A stretch of DNA of 64,000 bases from Candidatus Bathyarchaeota archaeon B26-2. GTDB lineage: Archaea; Thermoproteota; Bathyarchaeia; Bathyarchaeales; B26-1. How positions within the stretch are numbered: position 1 is the stretch's first letter; each line of letters starts with the position of its first letter. This document shows, in pieces, positions 49,752-58,446 of the stretch. The DNA lies in NCBI GenBank assembly GCA_001593935.1, contig LUCE01000019.1, forward strand, positions 35,491 to 99,490. Direction: 5' to 3'. Below the pieces are notes generated by a model. It had not been told where the DNA came from. It did no database searches and was given only the letters and a program-made list of their open reading frames with translations. The translations under genes and the position numbers were made by a program.

Positions 49752-50249
49752 CTAGAACTTGTTGTAGCTCACTATCTCTGTCAAGGGTTTCTTCCATCTG
49801 CTTCCAACCTTTTCGGCTGGATAACCGAAGCTGACCAGCGCCACGACCTTCCAGTCGTCCGGAATCTCGAAGAGCCTCTTGACCTCCTCTTCTTTGAAGT
49901 CTCCTATCCAGCAGGAGCCTACTCCCAGAGCCCACGCGGCGATCACCATGTTCTGTAGGGCGATCGTTGTGTCGATCGTCGACCATTTGCGGCCGTATGG
50001 GCTGCCTACGTATCCGCAGCCGATTATCGTGAAGGCGGAGTCTTTGATGAACTTGTTCCATCTTCCTTGGGATAGTTTCTCTTTCAGTTCGTCGTCTGTA
50101 ACTACGATGAAGTGCCATGGTTGCCTGTTGCTCGCCGATGGGGCTTGCCTCCCCGCCTCAAGAATCTTATTCAGAACGCTCTCTGGAACCTTCCTCTTCT
50201 CGTAAACTCTGATGCTTCTGCGGGTAAGTATAACGTCGACGAGAGACAT
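49752..50249 (-). CDS. Nitroreductase-family protein
   Basis: RRSIRVYEKRKVP and APSASNRQPWHFIVV. Confidence 0.8.
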   Translation of the reverse strand: MSLVDVILTRRSIRVYEKRKVPESVLNKILEAGRQAPSASNRQPWHFIVVTDDELKEKLSQGRWNKFIKDSAFTIIGCGYVGSPYGRKWSTIDTTIALQNMVIAAWALGVGSCWIGDFKEEEVKRLFEIPDDWKVVALVSFGYPAEKVGSRWKKPLTEIVSYNKF

Positions 50250-50439
50250 GACTTAAAAGAGCCTCTTTCCCTCAAATAAATTTAACCTAACCAGTTCTAA
50301 GCCGATGATCGTGGAATCCCTTCCAGATAAAGGAACCAGACTCCTCACGTGTGATGCGTGTCTCCCCGCATCTTCACTCCTCTTGGCTGAAAGGAGCAGA
50401 ATAAGCTTTTTATCCCAAAAGGGTTCATACCGGAGAAGG

Positions 50440-52296
50440 ATGGAGGTAGATGGGATGCATCCTCACCTCTTCTTGGACAAGGATGATATCTCTCAGCTGA
50501 GACGCCGGTTACAAGACGAGGATTTTAATCGACCGAACGTGCTGGGGGTCACCTACAGCCAGATATGGAAAGAGATCATGGAGGTCGCCGACTCGACTCT
50601 CCGGAGAAAGAGCATGAAGATCTACGAGGGAACCTACAATTATCCAGAGGGTTACCTTATGTCTTTGGTTGAACCGGAGCAGCCTCCCCGCCACTCTTTT
50701 AGACACCCGTTTTGGACCGGCATATGCGGGAGCCTATCGAGGGACATGACTAACCTGGCTTTGGCTTACGTCCTCGCTGGAGAACGTGCCTATCTTGAGA
50801 GATGTAGGTCGATGGTTCTCTCTATCTGTGAATGGGAAGTTTGGTCTGACCCGGATTACCCGACTCCGGAGAGACCCTTCCCTTGTTGCCTCGATACTTG
50901 GAGCCTCCTCTCGGGCATAGCAACGGCCTTCGACCTGTTATATGACGAGTTCACCGGGGAAGAAAGGGAGAAGATTAAGAACGCTATGATAGAGAAGGGG
51001 ATAATCCCAATCCGTGATTACGCCCTGAAGAAAGGGACGTGGCTGTATTCTCCTGAGAGGTGGCCGAACGGGTACGCCATGCTACACGCCGGGTTCGGAA
51101 TAGGAGCCTTATCCCTCTTAGGAGAATGTAGAGAAGCTGAAGAATGGGTCGAGTTTGAGAAGGAGAAGACCCTCCAATTCCTCGACCGTGAAGTCGGCCC
51201 GGACGGAGGGTTAATTGAGGGTCTCGGCTACGGGAACGCGGCGATAGCACCTCTACTGAAGTTCATGGTGGCCCTTGAAAGGACCACCGGCGACTCTATG
51301 CTTGACCACCCGGCCATAAGGAACGTCATGTTACTTGCTCTCTATACGCTTGCTCCAGGCGGTAAGACGGCCGTCAACTTCTGTGACGCCGGAGGCCCCG
51401 AGGGCTGTAAGCCCACCTTCAGCCTCCTGATGGCTTACCTAGCAGCGGTTAAAGGTAACAAGTACGCCCAGTGGTACCTGGCCGAGACCGGCCTATACAA
51501 GGAGGATTGGGGGAGGGACAACCTCTTCAAGATTCTCTGGTTCAACCCTTCTGTAGAAGCTAGAATCCCTAGTGACCTTCCGCGTTATAGACACTTCCGT
51601 TACACTGGATGGGTCGTCATGAGGTCTGGGTGGGGGCCATCGGACACGCTTGTAGCCTTCAAGAGTGGACCGTACAGAGGTCACGGACATACCGATCAGA
51701 ACAGTTTCATAATCAACTGCTCCGGGGAATGGCTGTTGAACGATAAAGGTTACCAGAGGTATGAGAGGCCTTACCCGTCCGACACTCCGGACATAGATGA
51801 GGAGAAGATTCGTCTCATGCACGTGTTCAGCCACGACACCATAGGACATAACTGTGTCTTGGTGGATGGACGTGGACAAGAGAGGGTGGGCGGGAAGATC
51901 GTAGAGTTTAATGGGTGGAACTTTGGTGCCACGGTGGTTGGGGACGCCTCTGAAGCGTATCCAAACTTGACTAAGGCCTTGAGAAGGTTGATCTTCATAG
52001 AACCAAACACGATCATCGTCCGAGACATCCTAGAGAGCGACCGTCCTAGGATGTTCAGCTTCCTAATGCACACAACAAAAGAAGGGAAGGTCAAGACCCA
52101 CGGCAGGGAGATCACGATAGAGGCTCAAAAGAGCAGGCTCCGAGCCTACGTGATAAAACCAGAGGAAGTCACCATAGAAGTGAAAACCTACCCGTACCCA
52201 CGCACCAGAGAAGAAGGACACTATGTTGAGATACGGAATAAGGAGAAATCCCCGAGAGGAGAGTTCCTAATAGCCCTGCAAACGTCATCACGTTGA
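50440..52296 (+). CDS. Heparinase II/III-like polysaccharide lyase family protein
   Basis: The N-terminal alpha/alpha toroid-like region starts HPHLFLDKDDISQLRRRL. The C-terminal part carries GHGHTDQNSFIINCSGEWLLND. Likely starts are ATG 50440 or 50455. No signal peptide. Confidence 0.65.
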   Translation: MEVDGMHPHLFLDKDDISQLRRRLQDEDFNRPNVLGVTYSQIWKEIMEVADSTLRRKSMKIYEGTYNYPEGYLMSLVEPEQPPRHSFRHPFWTGICGSLSRDMTNLALAYVLAGERAYLERCRSMVLSICEWEVWSDPDYPTPERPFPCCLDTWSLLSGIATAFDLLYDEFTGEEREKIKNAMIEKGIIPIRDYALKKGTWLYSPERWPNGYAMLHAGFGIGALSLLGECREAEEWVEFEKEKTLQFLDREVGPDGGLIEGLGYGNAAIAPLLKFMVALERTTGDSMLDHPAIRNVMLLALYTLAPGGKTAVNFCDAGGPEGCKPTFSLLMAYLAAVKGNKYAQWYLAETGLYKEDWGRDNLFKILWFNPSVEARIPSDLPRYRHFRYTGWVVMRSGWGPSDTLVAFKSGPYRGHGHTDQNSFIINCSGEWLLNDKGYQRYERPYPSDTPDIDEEKIRLMHVFSHDTIGHNCVLVDGRGQERVGGKIVEFNGWNFGATVVGDASEAYPNLTKALRRLIFIEPNTIIVRDILESDRPRMFSFLMHTTKEGKVKTHGREITIEAQKSRLRAYVIKPEEVTIEVKTYPYPRTREEGHYVEIRNKEKSPRGEFLIALQTSSR

Positions 52297-52824
52297 GAGC
52301 GCTCTCTCAGCGTAGTAACGGATGTCCATATCCGGATCGTTCAGCATCTCCTTGAGCTTGTCTCTTCCCTTGGGACCGAGAGCGACCTCAAGGTATCGCT
52401 TCAAAACCTCCTCATCGAATTCGCCCTCCTCGGTTATGGCGGCTAGGTTCTCCTCAAACTCGTCGAGACTATTCATACCCGGCACAACCGTTGCAACCTC
52501 CGGTGAGCTGAGAATCCAGCGGAGGCATGTCTGAGCAGGCGTGTACTCTCCTTCTTCTCCTTCCACAGGACCGAAACGCATAAACGGGATACCATAGTAT
52601 GGCCACGAGAAGGGCTTCATAACGACGACGCCAACCCTAAGGGCCTTGGCTACGGGGAAGATCACCTTGCGAGCCTCTTGGAGGTGATAGTTGTAACGTA
52701 CCATAACCACGTCGAAGCAGTTGTATCTTCGCATCAACTCGGCTAAGAATTGGAGGTTGTGGCTTGAGGCTCCCAAGTACCTGACCTTACCATCCTCTTT
52801 TAGAAGGTTGAAGGTTTCTAACAT
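52288..52824 (-). pseudogene. 5'-truncated aldo/keto reductase remnant
   Basis: Begins at the mid-barrel motif EDGKVRYLGASSHN. An in-frame stop lies 17 codons upstream, so the N-terminal ~150 aa with the catalytic Asp/Tyr/Lys are absent. The truncation point abuts the AT-rich patch. Confidence 0.6.
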
Positions 52825-52987
52825 CGCCTCCAGCCGTTCATGTGAGAAGTTGCTCTCAGGTGAATACGAGCCTTAAACCCCTTATTTTTATGATTTTTAT
52901 CCTTTAAACTTCAGATTAAAATTTTAATTTCTATCCCGACTTGGTGCTTGTTGTTTTTAAATCTCTAAAAAGGAAAGCGTGGAGATT

Positions 52988-53578
52988 TCAAAGGGTGTAG
53001 TCAATCACGAGGACAGCTGCGTCGCATGCGTGTCCCCCTCCAGTAACTCCTATAACCTCTGTTTGGAGACGTATCTTGGCCTGATTTATTTTGTTCCATG
53101 TATTTAGATACTGGGTTACGTCTACCTCTTTCCATGTCCAACTCCCTTCTCCTCTAAAGTTCATCACCTCGTTCCATGAGTTTCCATCCCATAGCCAAAC
53201 TGAAAAATATCGTTGAAGCGGTTTCGAGGGGTCTGCACGGCCGTAGACCCTAAGCGTTACTGAGTTGATTGTACCTGTTGCATCGTGATCTTCAAATCCG
53301 AAGTCCCCCATAAGGTCTCCATCCTTTGAGCCTGCTCCTCCAACTACGGTGTACACATAATTGTTCGGTTCGTCCTGGGCGTCTAGGTAGGGGGCTGTTC
53401 CAGCGGTCAGCCACTGAGTGCTTGTTGCATCAAAGGAATCGACATAGAGACGGCTATTTTTTATCGTCTGAGTTACATTGTGCAGTTGATTTTCATAGAT
53501 GTATCCACTAGTTAAAGATATGGTGAAGGCTAAGAAGATGAAGAAGAGGGGCGCAGCGTATCCAGATTTATCGGTCAT
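52988..53578 (-). CDS. Secreted or pilin-like hypothetical protein A
   Basis: N-terminal hydrophobic segment PLFFIFLAFTISL, then GYIYENQLHNVTQTIKN, which is shared with the divergent neighbour. Beta-rich body. Lower GC than the window average. Confidence 0.5.
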   Translation of the reverse strand: MTDKSGYAAPLFFIFLAFTISLTSGYIYENQLHNVTQTIKNSRLYVDSFDATSTQWLTAGTAPYLDAQDEPNNYVYTVVGGAGSKDGDLMGDFGFEDHDATGTINSVTLRVYGRADPSKPLQRYFSVWLWDGNSWNEVMNFRGEGSWTWKEVDVTQYLNTWNKINQAKIRLQTEVIGVTGGGHACDAAVLVIDYTL

Positions 53579-53748
53579 CTCTACAAGAAAAGGGGAATCT
53601 CTTCCATATTAGGGAAATGAACTCTGCGTTCAGCTTCGCCGTTCAATAAGGAAAATATAGTGTAGCGATTCAAACTCATCGTTCACATTCTATTTATTAA
53701 TAAAGTTACAAGATGATAGACGATCTGGAAGAAAAAGGAGAAAGCCTA

Positions 53749-54276
53749 ATGAAGAATATAAAAAAGCTGTCTGGACTCTTCTTCATGTTACTCAGCTTAA
53801 TCATATCAGCTGTTTCAGCCTATGTCTATGAGCAGAGCTCTATGACGGTTACTCAGACGATTCAAGATATAGCGACGCTGACTCTAAGCAATGCTGCTTT
53901 GGGCACCATTGAGGAAGGGCAGACGGTTACCTACACTCCAAGTACTACGCCGGCGCTTGACGGCATCATCCAAGTCGTAACAACAAAGAGTAATGTCTAC
54001 CTGCATCTGGACAGTGACTTAGATAGCCAATCCTCAAACTATGTAACATACAATATTACTGTCAAATTTGATACTGTTCCGGCAGGCTCAAGCTACAGTG
54101 TGGGCGATGTAGCATGCACTCTAACTCTCTCATCTCCTGACTATCACTCGATAACTCTAGATGTAGCGGGAACATGGAAGTTCGACTTCGAGATAACCAC
54201 AACCCCGCAAGGAGTGAGCGCCGACACCGATACAACCGTGACGATCACAGTCTCAGCTGAGAGCACATCGTCCTAA
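53749..54276 (+). CDS. Secreted or pilin-like hypothetical protein B
   Basis: ATG at 53749 lies 8 nt after AAGGAG. MKNIKKLSGLFFMLLSLIISAVSAYVYEQSSMTVTQTIQD, then a Thr/Ser-rich beta-strand pattern. Confidence 0.5.
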   Translation: MKNIKKLSGLFFMLLSLIISAVSAYVYEQSSMTVTQTIQDIATLTLSNAALGTIEEGQTVTYTPSTTPALDGIIQVVTTKSNVYLHLDSDLDSQSSNYVTYNITVKFDTVPAGSSYSVGDVACTLTLSSPDYHSITLDVAGTWKFDFEITTTPQGVSADTDTTVTITVSAESTSS

Positions 54277-54293
54277 AATCGGGAGCAAGAACA

Positions 54294-54554
54294 ATGAAAC
54301 TAAAAAATAACTTACATTACATCGTCTTTACACTAATATTTACCACATGGATCGTCTCGATGGTGATTATCCTCGAGCCGTTCGGATTGCTAAAGACTTA
54401 TCCACCAACATTTCCACGCAGAATAGATCCAAACATCATCACAGTCTTCTCCATAACCAGCGTGCTTTCCACCGTAATCTCCTTCCTCATAGGACTGGAT
54501 AAACTGGGAAAACTCTCCGCGATCAAAGAAAACATTAGGAGGCGGCTAAACTAA
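54294..54554 (+). CDS. Small two-TM membrane protein
   Basis: Two hydrophobic helices (IVFTLIFTTWIVSMVIIL, ITVFSITSVLSTVISFLIGL). Lies 17 nt downstream of protein B. Confidence 0.4.
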   Translation: MKLKNNLHYIVFTLIFTTWIVSMVIILEPFGLLKTYPPTFPRRIDPNIITVFSITSVLSTVISFLIGLDKLGKLSAIKENIRRRLN

Positions 54555-54622
54555 AAAGAAAATCGATAAATGGAGATATGTTCTCCTGTGAGAGACCGAT
54601 GATGCTTCAGGTGCTGATGAAG

Positions 54623-54904
54623 TCACGCTGTGATCTCTTCAACTTCTGCTTTACCTTTCTCTAGCTCCTTCACCTGTTCCGCATCTTCTTTAAGTAATAA
54701 TGCTTGGAACTCTCCGAAATGGGTCTTTTCCTCGTTAGCTACGTCCATCAAAACGGCTTTTAGTTTTTCATCCTCGGTTATAGCCGCTAATTGTTCGTAT
54801 AAGCTTATTGCGTCGAGTTCGGCTATCATCGCTGCTCTCAATATCTCACGGTTAAGAACACTCTTCTCCACCTTTTCAATCGCGATCGGTATCTTAGACA
54901 GCAT
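54623..54904 (-). CDS. Encapsulated-ferritin-like (EncFtn family) ferritin-like protein
   Basis: 93 aa with AMIAELDAISLYEQLA and ANEEKTHFGEFQALL (Glu / ExxH di-iron ligand pattern of EncFtn). Confidence 0.65.
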   Translation of the reverse strand: MLSKIPIAIEKVEKSVLNREILRAAMIAELDAISLYEQLAAITEDEKLKAVLMDVANEEKTHFGEFQALLLKEDAEQVKELEKGKAEVEEITA

Positions 54905-55182
54905 CTAAATCATCTCACGAGGAAGGTTTATTGTTAATCATTATTATTTATGTTTTGTCGCTTCAGTCCATCACCCATTACATTCAAAGATTAATCTTCT
55001 TACTTGTTATTAATTCAGAAGCGCCATAACAAAGGTTGGTGATAAACCTACACTTATAAAAGTGGCACGTACATCACAGAGGAAAACTAAGCACCAGCGG
55101 TATTACCTTAACAGAGAGCAACTAGAACAAGTTGGCCATCCTACACAAAAGATAAGGAACCTAAAATGGTGAAGAACTAAAC

Positions 55183-55189
55183 TTTAAAT
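55183..55189 (+). promoter_or_regulatory. Candidate TATA box of tRNA-Pro
   Basis: TTTAAAT is centred ~28 nt upstream of tRNA position 1. Confidence 0.4.
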
Positions 55190-55213
55190 CTATGTGTGGT
55201 TTAGAATCTGGGT

Positions 55214-55291
55214 GGGGTCGTCGGCTAGCATGGTCTAGGCTCCGAGACTTGGGCTCTCGGGACCCCGGTTCGAATCCGGGCGACCCCACCA
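55214..55291 (+). tRNA. tRNA-Pro (anticodon UGG), CCA encoded
   Basis: Folded by hand. Acceptor GGGGTCG/CGACCCC; D arm GGCT-AGCATGGTCTA-GGCT; anticodon arm CGAGA-CTTGGGC-TCTCG with TGG at 55250-55252; variable loop GGAC; T arm CCCGG-TTCGAAT-CCGGG; discriminator A plus CCA. Confidence 0.88.
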
Positions 55292-55608
55292 CAAGACACC
55301 TACGGTTACAAGGTTTCCTCTCTTGTTTCCAGAAAAGAAGCCCATTTCAATGTTTCTGTATAACGTGTGAGATTCTCGAAGATGCTGCGGACCGAGGTCT
55401 TCACATTATTCATTCTTCATTCTCAAGTTTTAAGCGGCCTCGGGAGTGGAGTTATCGTGGTGAAGGATGAAAGAGAAGACTTTAGCGAGATAGAGCAGAA
55501 ATAATGTTGAATTGAGTAATCTATCCCCTGATGCGCATAAAGTTTATAAGGTTTATAATGTTTGAATCTGAGTACCTGTGCACCAACGATCATCAAGTGG
55601 CGATCTTT

Positions 55609-56766
55609 ATGAAGTATAGAAAGTTTGGTAGGCTCGATTGGGAGGTTTCTGCACTTGGCTTCGGCGCTATGAGACTTCCAGTGATCGGCGGAGATCCGAG
55701 TAGGATAGACGAACCTGAAGCGATCAGGATGATAAGGTACGCCGTCGACCACGGGGTCAATTATATCGATACTGCCTATCCCTACCATGGCGGAAACAGC
55801 GAGATCGTGGTTGGAAAGGCTTTGAGAGACGGATACCGCGAGAAGGTTAGAGTCGCAACGAAGATGCCTATCGGACTCGTTAATTCAAGAGAAGATCTAG
55901 ATAGAATCTTCGATGAGCAACTTAAAAAATTGCAGACGGATCATATAGACTTCTATCTTCTTCACGGCCTCAATAGGGAACGTTGGGCCAAGACGCTGGA
56001 TCTAAACGTGCTCGACTGGGCTGAGAAGGTTATGGCCGAAGGAAAGATAGGGTATCTCGGCTTCAGCTTCCACGACGAGTTCGAGGTCTTCAAAGAGATA
56101 ATCGACGGATACGACGGGTGGACGTTCTGCCAGATCCTGTATAACTACATAGACGAGGATTTCCAAGCTGGGAAGAGAGGCCTCAAATACGCCGCTTCTA
56201 AAGGCTTGGCAGTGGTGGTGATGGAGCCCATAGCTGGAGGCATGCTCGCCGTCCCACCTCCTCCGGAGATACAAGCGATCTGGAACGAATCTGAGATAAA
56301 GAGGACGCCGGCGGAATGGGCTCTCCAATGGGTCTGGAATCACCCAGAAGTCTCCGTTGCCCTCAGCGGGATGAGCACTATGGAACAAGTCGTCGAGAAC
56401 ATAAAGAGCGCTGACCGTTCAGGTCCCAATATCCTTACGGAGAAGGAACTGGAGCTCATCTCCAGAGTGCGAGAGAAGTATCGGCAGTACGGCTTCATAG
56501 GATGCACAGGATGCAGGTACTGCATGCCATGCCCCCAAGGCGTCAGCATACCAGAAATCTTCGCCCTCTACAACGAGTACTCAAGAAGACGAAGAGAAGG
56601 AGACGCGCAACGTGAAATCATAAAGAAATATCAAGAAACGATTCCTCCGGAAAAAGGAGCTAAAATATGTGTTAAATGCGGAGAATGCGAAGAGAAATGC
56701 CCACAACAACTACCCATCCGCAACCTTCTGGCAAGAGCAGCAAGAATCTTCGAAAGAAATAGATAA
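55609..56766 (+). CDS. Aldo/keto reductase with a C-terminal Fe-S (ferredoxin-like) domain
   Basis: MKYRKFGRLDWEVSALGFGAMRLP, IDTAYPYHGG, DFYLLHG, then CTGCRYCMPCP and CVKCGECEEKCP. The likely start is ATG 55609. Confidence 0.85.
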   Translation: MKYRKFGRLDWEVSALGFGAMRLPVIGGDPSRIDEPEAIRMIRYAVDHGVNYIDTAYPYHGGNSEIVVGKALRDGYREKVRVATKMPIGLVNSREDLDRIFDEQLKKLQTDHIDFYLLHGLNRERWAKTLDLNVLDWAEKVMAEGKIGYLGFSFHDEFEVFKEIIDGYDGWTFCQILYNYIDEDFQAGKRGLKYAASKGLAVVVMEPIAGGMLAVPPPPEIQAIWNESEIKRTPAEWALQWVWNHPEVSVALSGMSTMEQVVENIKSADRSGPNILTEKELELISRVREKYRQYGFIGCTGCRYCMPCPQGVSIPEIFALYNEYSRRRREGDAQREIIKKYQETIPPEKGAKICVKCGECEEKCPQQLPIRNLLARAARIFERNR

Positions 56767-56781
56767 AAAGGAAAACCATTG

Positions 56782-56824
56782 GACTTCTCGGGAAACCTCG
56801 ATCTGAATCCGGGCGACTCCACTA
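56782..56824 (+). repeat. Degenerate direct copy of the 3' half of tRNA-Pro (att-like remnant)
   Basis: GACTT..CTCGGGA..GAATCCGGGCGAC.CCAC.A aligns with tRNA positions ~55246-55291. The 13-nt core GAATCCGGGCGAC is exact (55272-55284 vs 56805-56817). The copy cannot form a T arm. Confidence 0.5.
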
Positions 56825-57195
56825 CGGCCCCCACAGTTTCTCCTCATCTCGCCTTCAAGCTTTGACGAGACGAGATTCTCCACAGGTCCTTGAGACGGTT
56901 CAGACTTGTCTAGCGGTCTGAGGTGTTTAACGTATCTTTTGGTCTCCAAACAGTGTGTTTTTCAAACGGATTTCAGCAACAAGATTCTGGAGGGACGTTG
57001 TGAAGTCCAAAAGATTTTTTGCTCCCCCTGTTGCAGGCGGATGGGGAGAGAAGGAGGCCCCAGCCCCCGAGAACATTGGGGCCTCATCCTTATGACGTAG
57101 AAGGAAATGCAGATGGGACAATGAGTTATTTAAGAGCTCCTTAACCTTTTTCTGTGTTGTGGTATATGCGCTATGCCATCAGAAGTTGAGGGGCT

Positions 57196-58446
57196 TTGAG
57201 GTTCGCGGAGAACTTCAAGAGATGGGGTAGAAACGCGAGGACACTTGTGGCGACGGAGCCATTCTGGAGCATCCCCATGAGCTGGGTTTTCTTCTATAGG
57301 CCCATCTTCTTAAGTGAGGCCGTCGGGCTCTCCGAGGTGGAGATAGGGCTCCTATCCACGGTCCTCACGATATTTTCGGTCTTGGCGCCCTTGGGCGGGG
57401 GTTACTTGGCCGACAGGTTCGGTAGGAAGAGGGTCTTCATGCTCTTCGACAGCTTTGGGTGGCTGGGCTCCTTGGCCGTATGGACTGTAACCCAGAGTCT
57501 ATGGTACGCGTTGGCCGCCTACGTGCTGGAGGGGGTCGCCGCCGTCATCTATTCTGTATGGGAGTGCGTACTTGTCGAGGACACTAGGCCTGAATCTAGG
57601 GCGAGCATCTATGGCTCCATCTCCGCCATATACAACATCGGAGCCCTAACAACCCCTCTAGCCGGATACATCATAGGCGTACACGGCGTGGACCTCGGCT
57701 CTAGAACCCTATTCACCTTGGCCTTCGCGTCCCTAGTGCCAATGTTCGTGATTAGGCAGATATACCTCCGAGAGACCGAGCTGGGACACAAAATCATGAG
57801 GGAGAAGAGCTTTGAGGGGGCGAGGGGATACCTAACCTCTTTATCGATTATCAGGAGGAACCGAGTTCTAGTGGCTCTGCTTCTAACATCCATCATAGGG
57901 AACCTCTACTATTCCGTCTATACCTATCTACCACTCTACCTGATAGACGAGAGAGGGTTGGGTTTAACTGAAGATCTGGCTTCACTGATGCCCGCAGCCT
58001 CTTCAATCTCCGCGCTGGTCATAGCCTTGCTTGTGGTTCCAAACCTAACGAGGAGAAACGACTATGTTAAGGCGTTGTCTTCAGGCTACGCCTTAGGCTG
58101 CTTAGCCTTCGTGGTCCTCACATATTCTCCTAAAGGTTACTTGACTTCAGCCCTCCTCTCGGGAACCCTCCTCGGCGTATATCAAGCCACAGCATTCTCC
58201 GTCACCAGAACCTTCCTAACAAACGAGATCGAGGCAGTAGACGTTAGGGCCAGAGCCAAAATCCTCTCGATAACTATAACGTTGTCGTCCCTATTGAATC
58301 TACCGAGCCCCACCTTAGCCGGCTACCTCTTCAGCCTAGAACCGAAAATACCCTTCATAATTCTGTCCATAGCTCTAATGATGAGCTTGATAACTCTAAT
58401 CTTCGCCCTAAACTATCACAGAGGCCATACACGAATCCGCTCATAG
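57196..58446 (+). CDS. MFS transporter
   Basis: About 12 TM helices and the loop motif GGYLADRFGRKR between TM2 and TM3. TTG start. Confidence 0.8.
   Translation: MRFAENFKRWGRNARTLVATEPFWSIPMSWVFFYRPIFLSEAVGLSEVEIGLLSTVLTIFSVLAPLGGGYLADRFGRKRVFMLFDSFGWLGSLAVWTVTQSLWYALAAYVLEGVAAVIYSVWECVLVEDTRPESRASIYGSISAIYNIGALTTPLAGYIIGVHGVDLGSRTLFTLAFASLVPMFVIRQIYLRETELGHKIMREKSFEGARGYLTSLSIIRRNRVLVALLLTSIIGNLYYSVYTYLPLYLIDERGLGLTEDLASLMPAASSISALVIALLVVPNLTRRNDYVKALSSGYALGCLAFVVLTYSPKGYLTSALLSGTLLGVYQATAFSVTRTFLTNEIEAVDVRARAKILSITITLSSLLNLPSPTLAGYLFSLEPKIPFIILSIALMMSLITLIFALNYHRGHTRIRS

Noticed and set aside
54596-54640. C/D-box sRNA-like pattern (ATGATGC ... CTGATGA ... TGA)
   Set aside because: The box C is imperfect, there is no proper terminal CUGA box D, and the spacer lengths are wrong (8-10 nt rather than ~12). 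It also overlaps the 3' end of the EncFtn-like gene.
55192-55470. 92-aa ORF covering the tRNA-Pro gene
   Set aside because: The region folds into a canonical cloverleaf, so the ORF is coincidental.
56782-56824. Second tRNA gene or split-tRNA 3' half
   Set aside because: The copy cannot form a T stem (CCTCG versus CCGGG) or an acceptor pairing partner, so it is better explained as a decayed att-type repeat.
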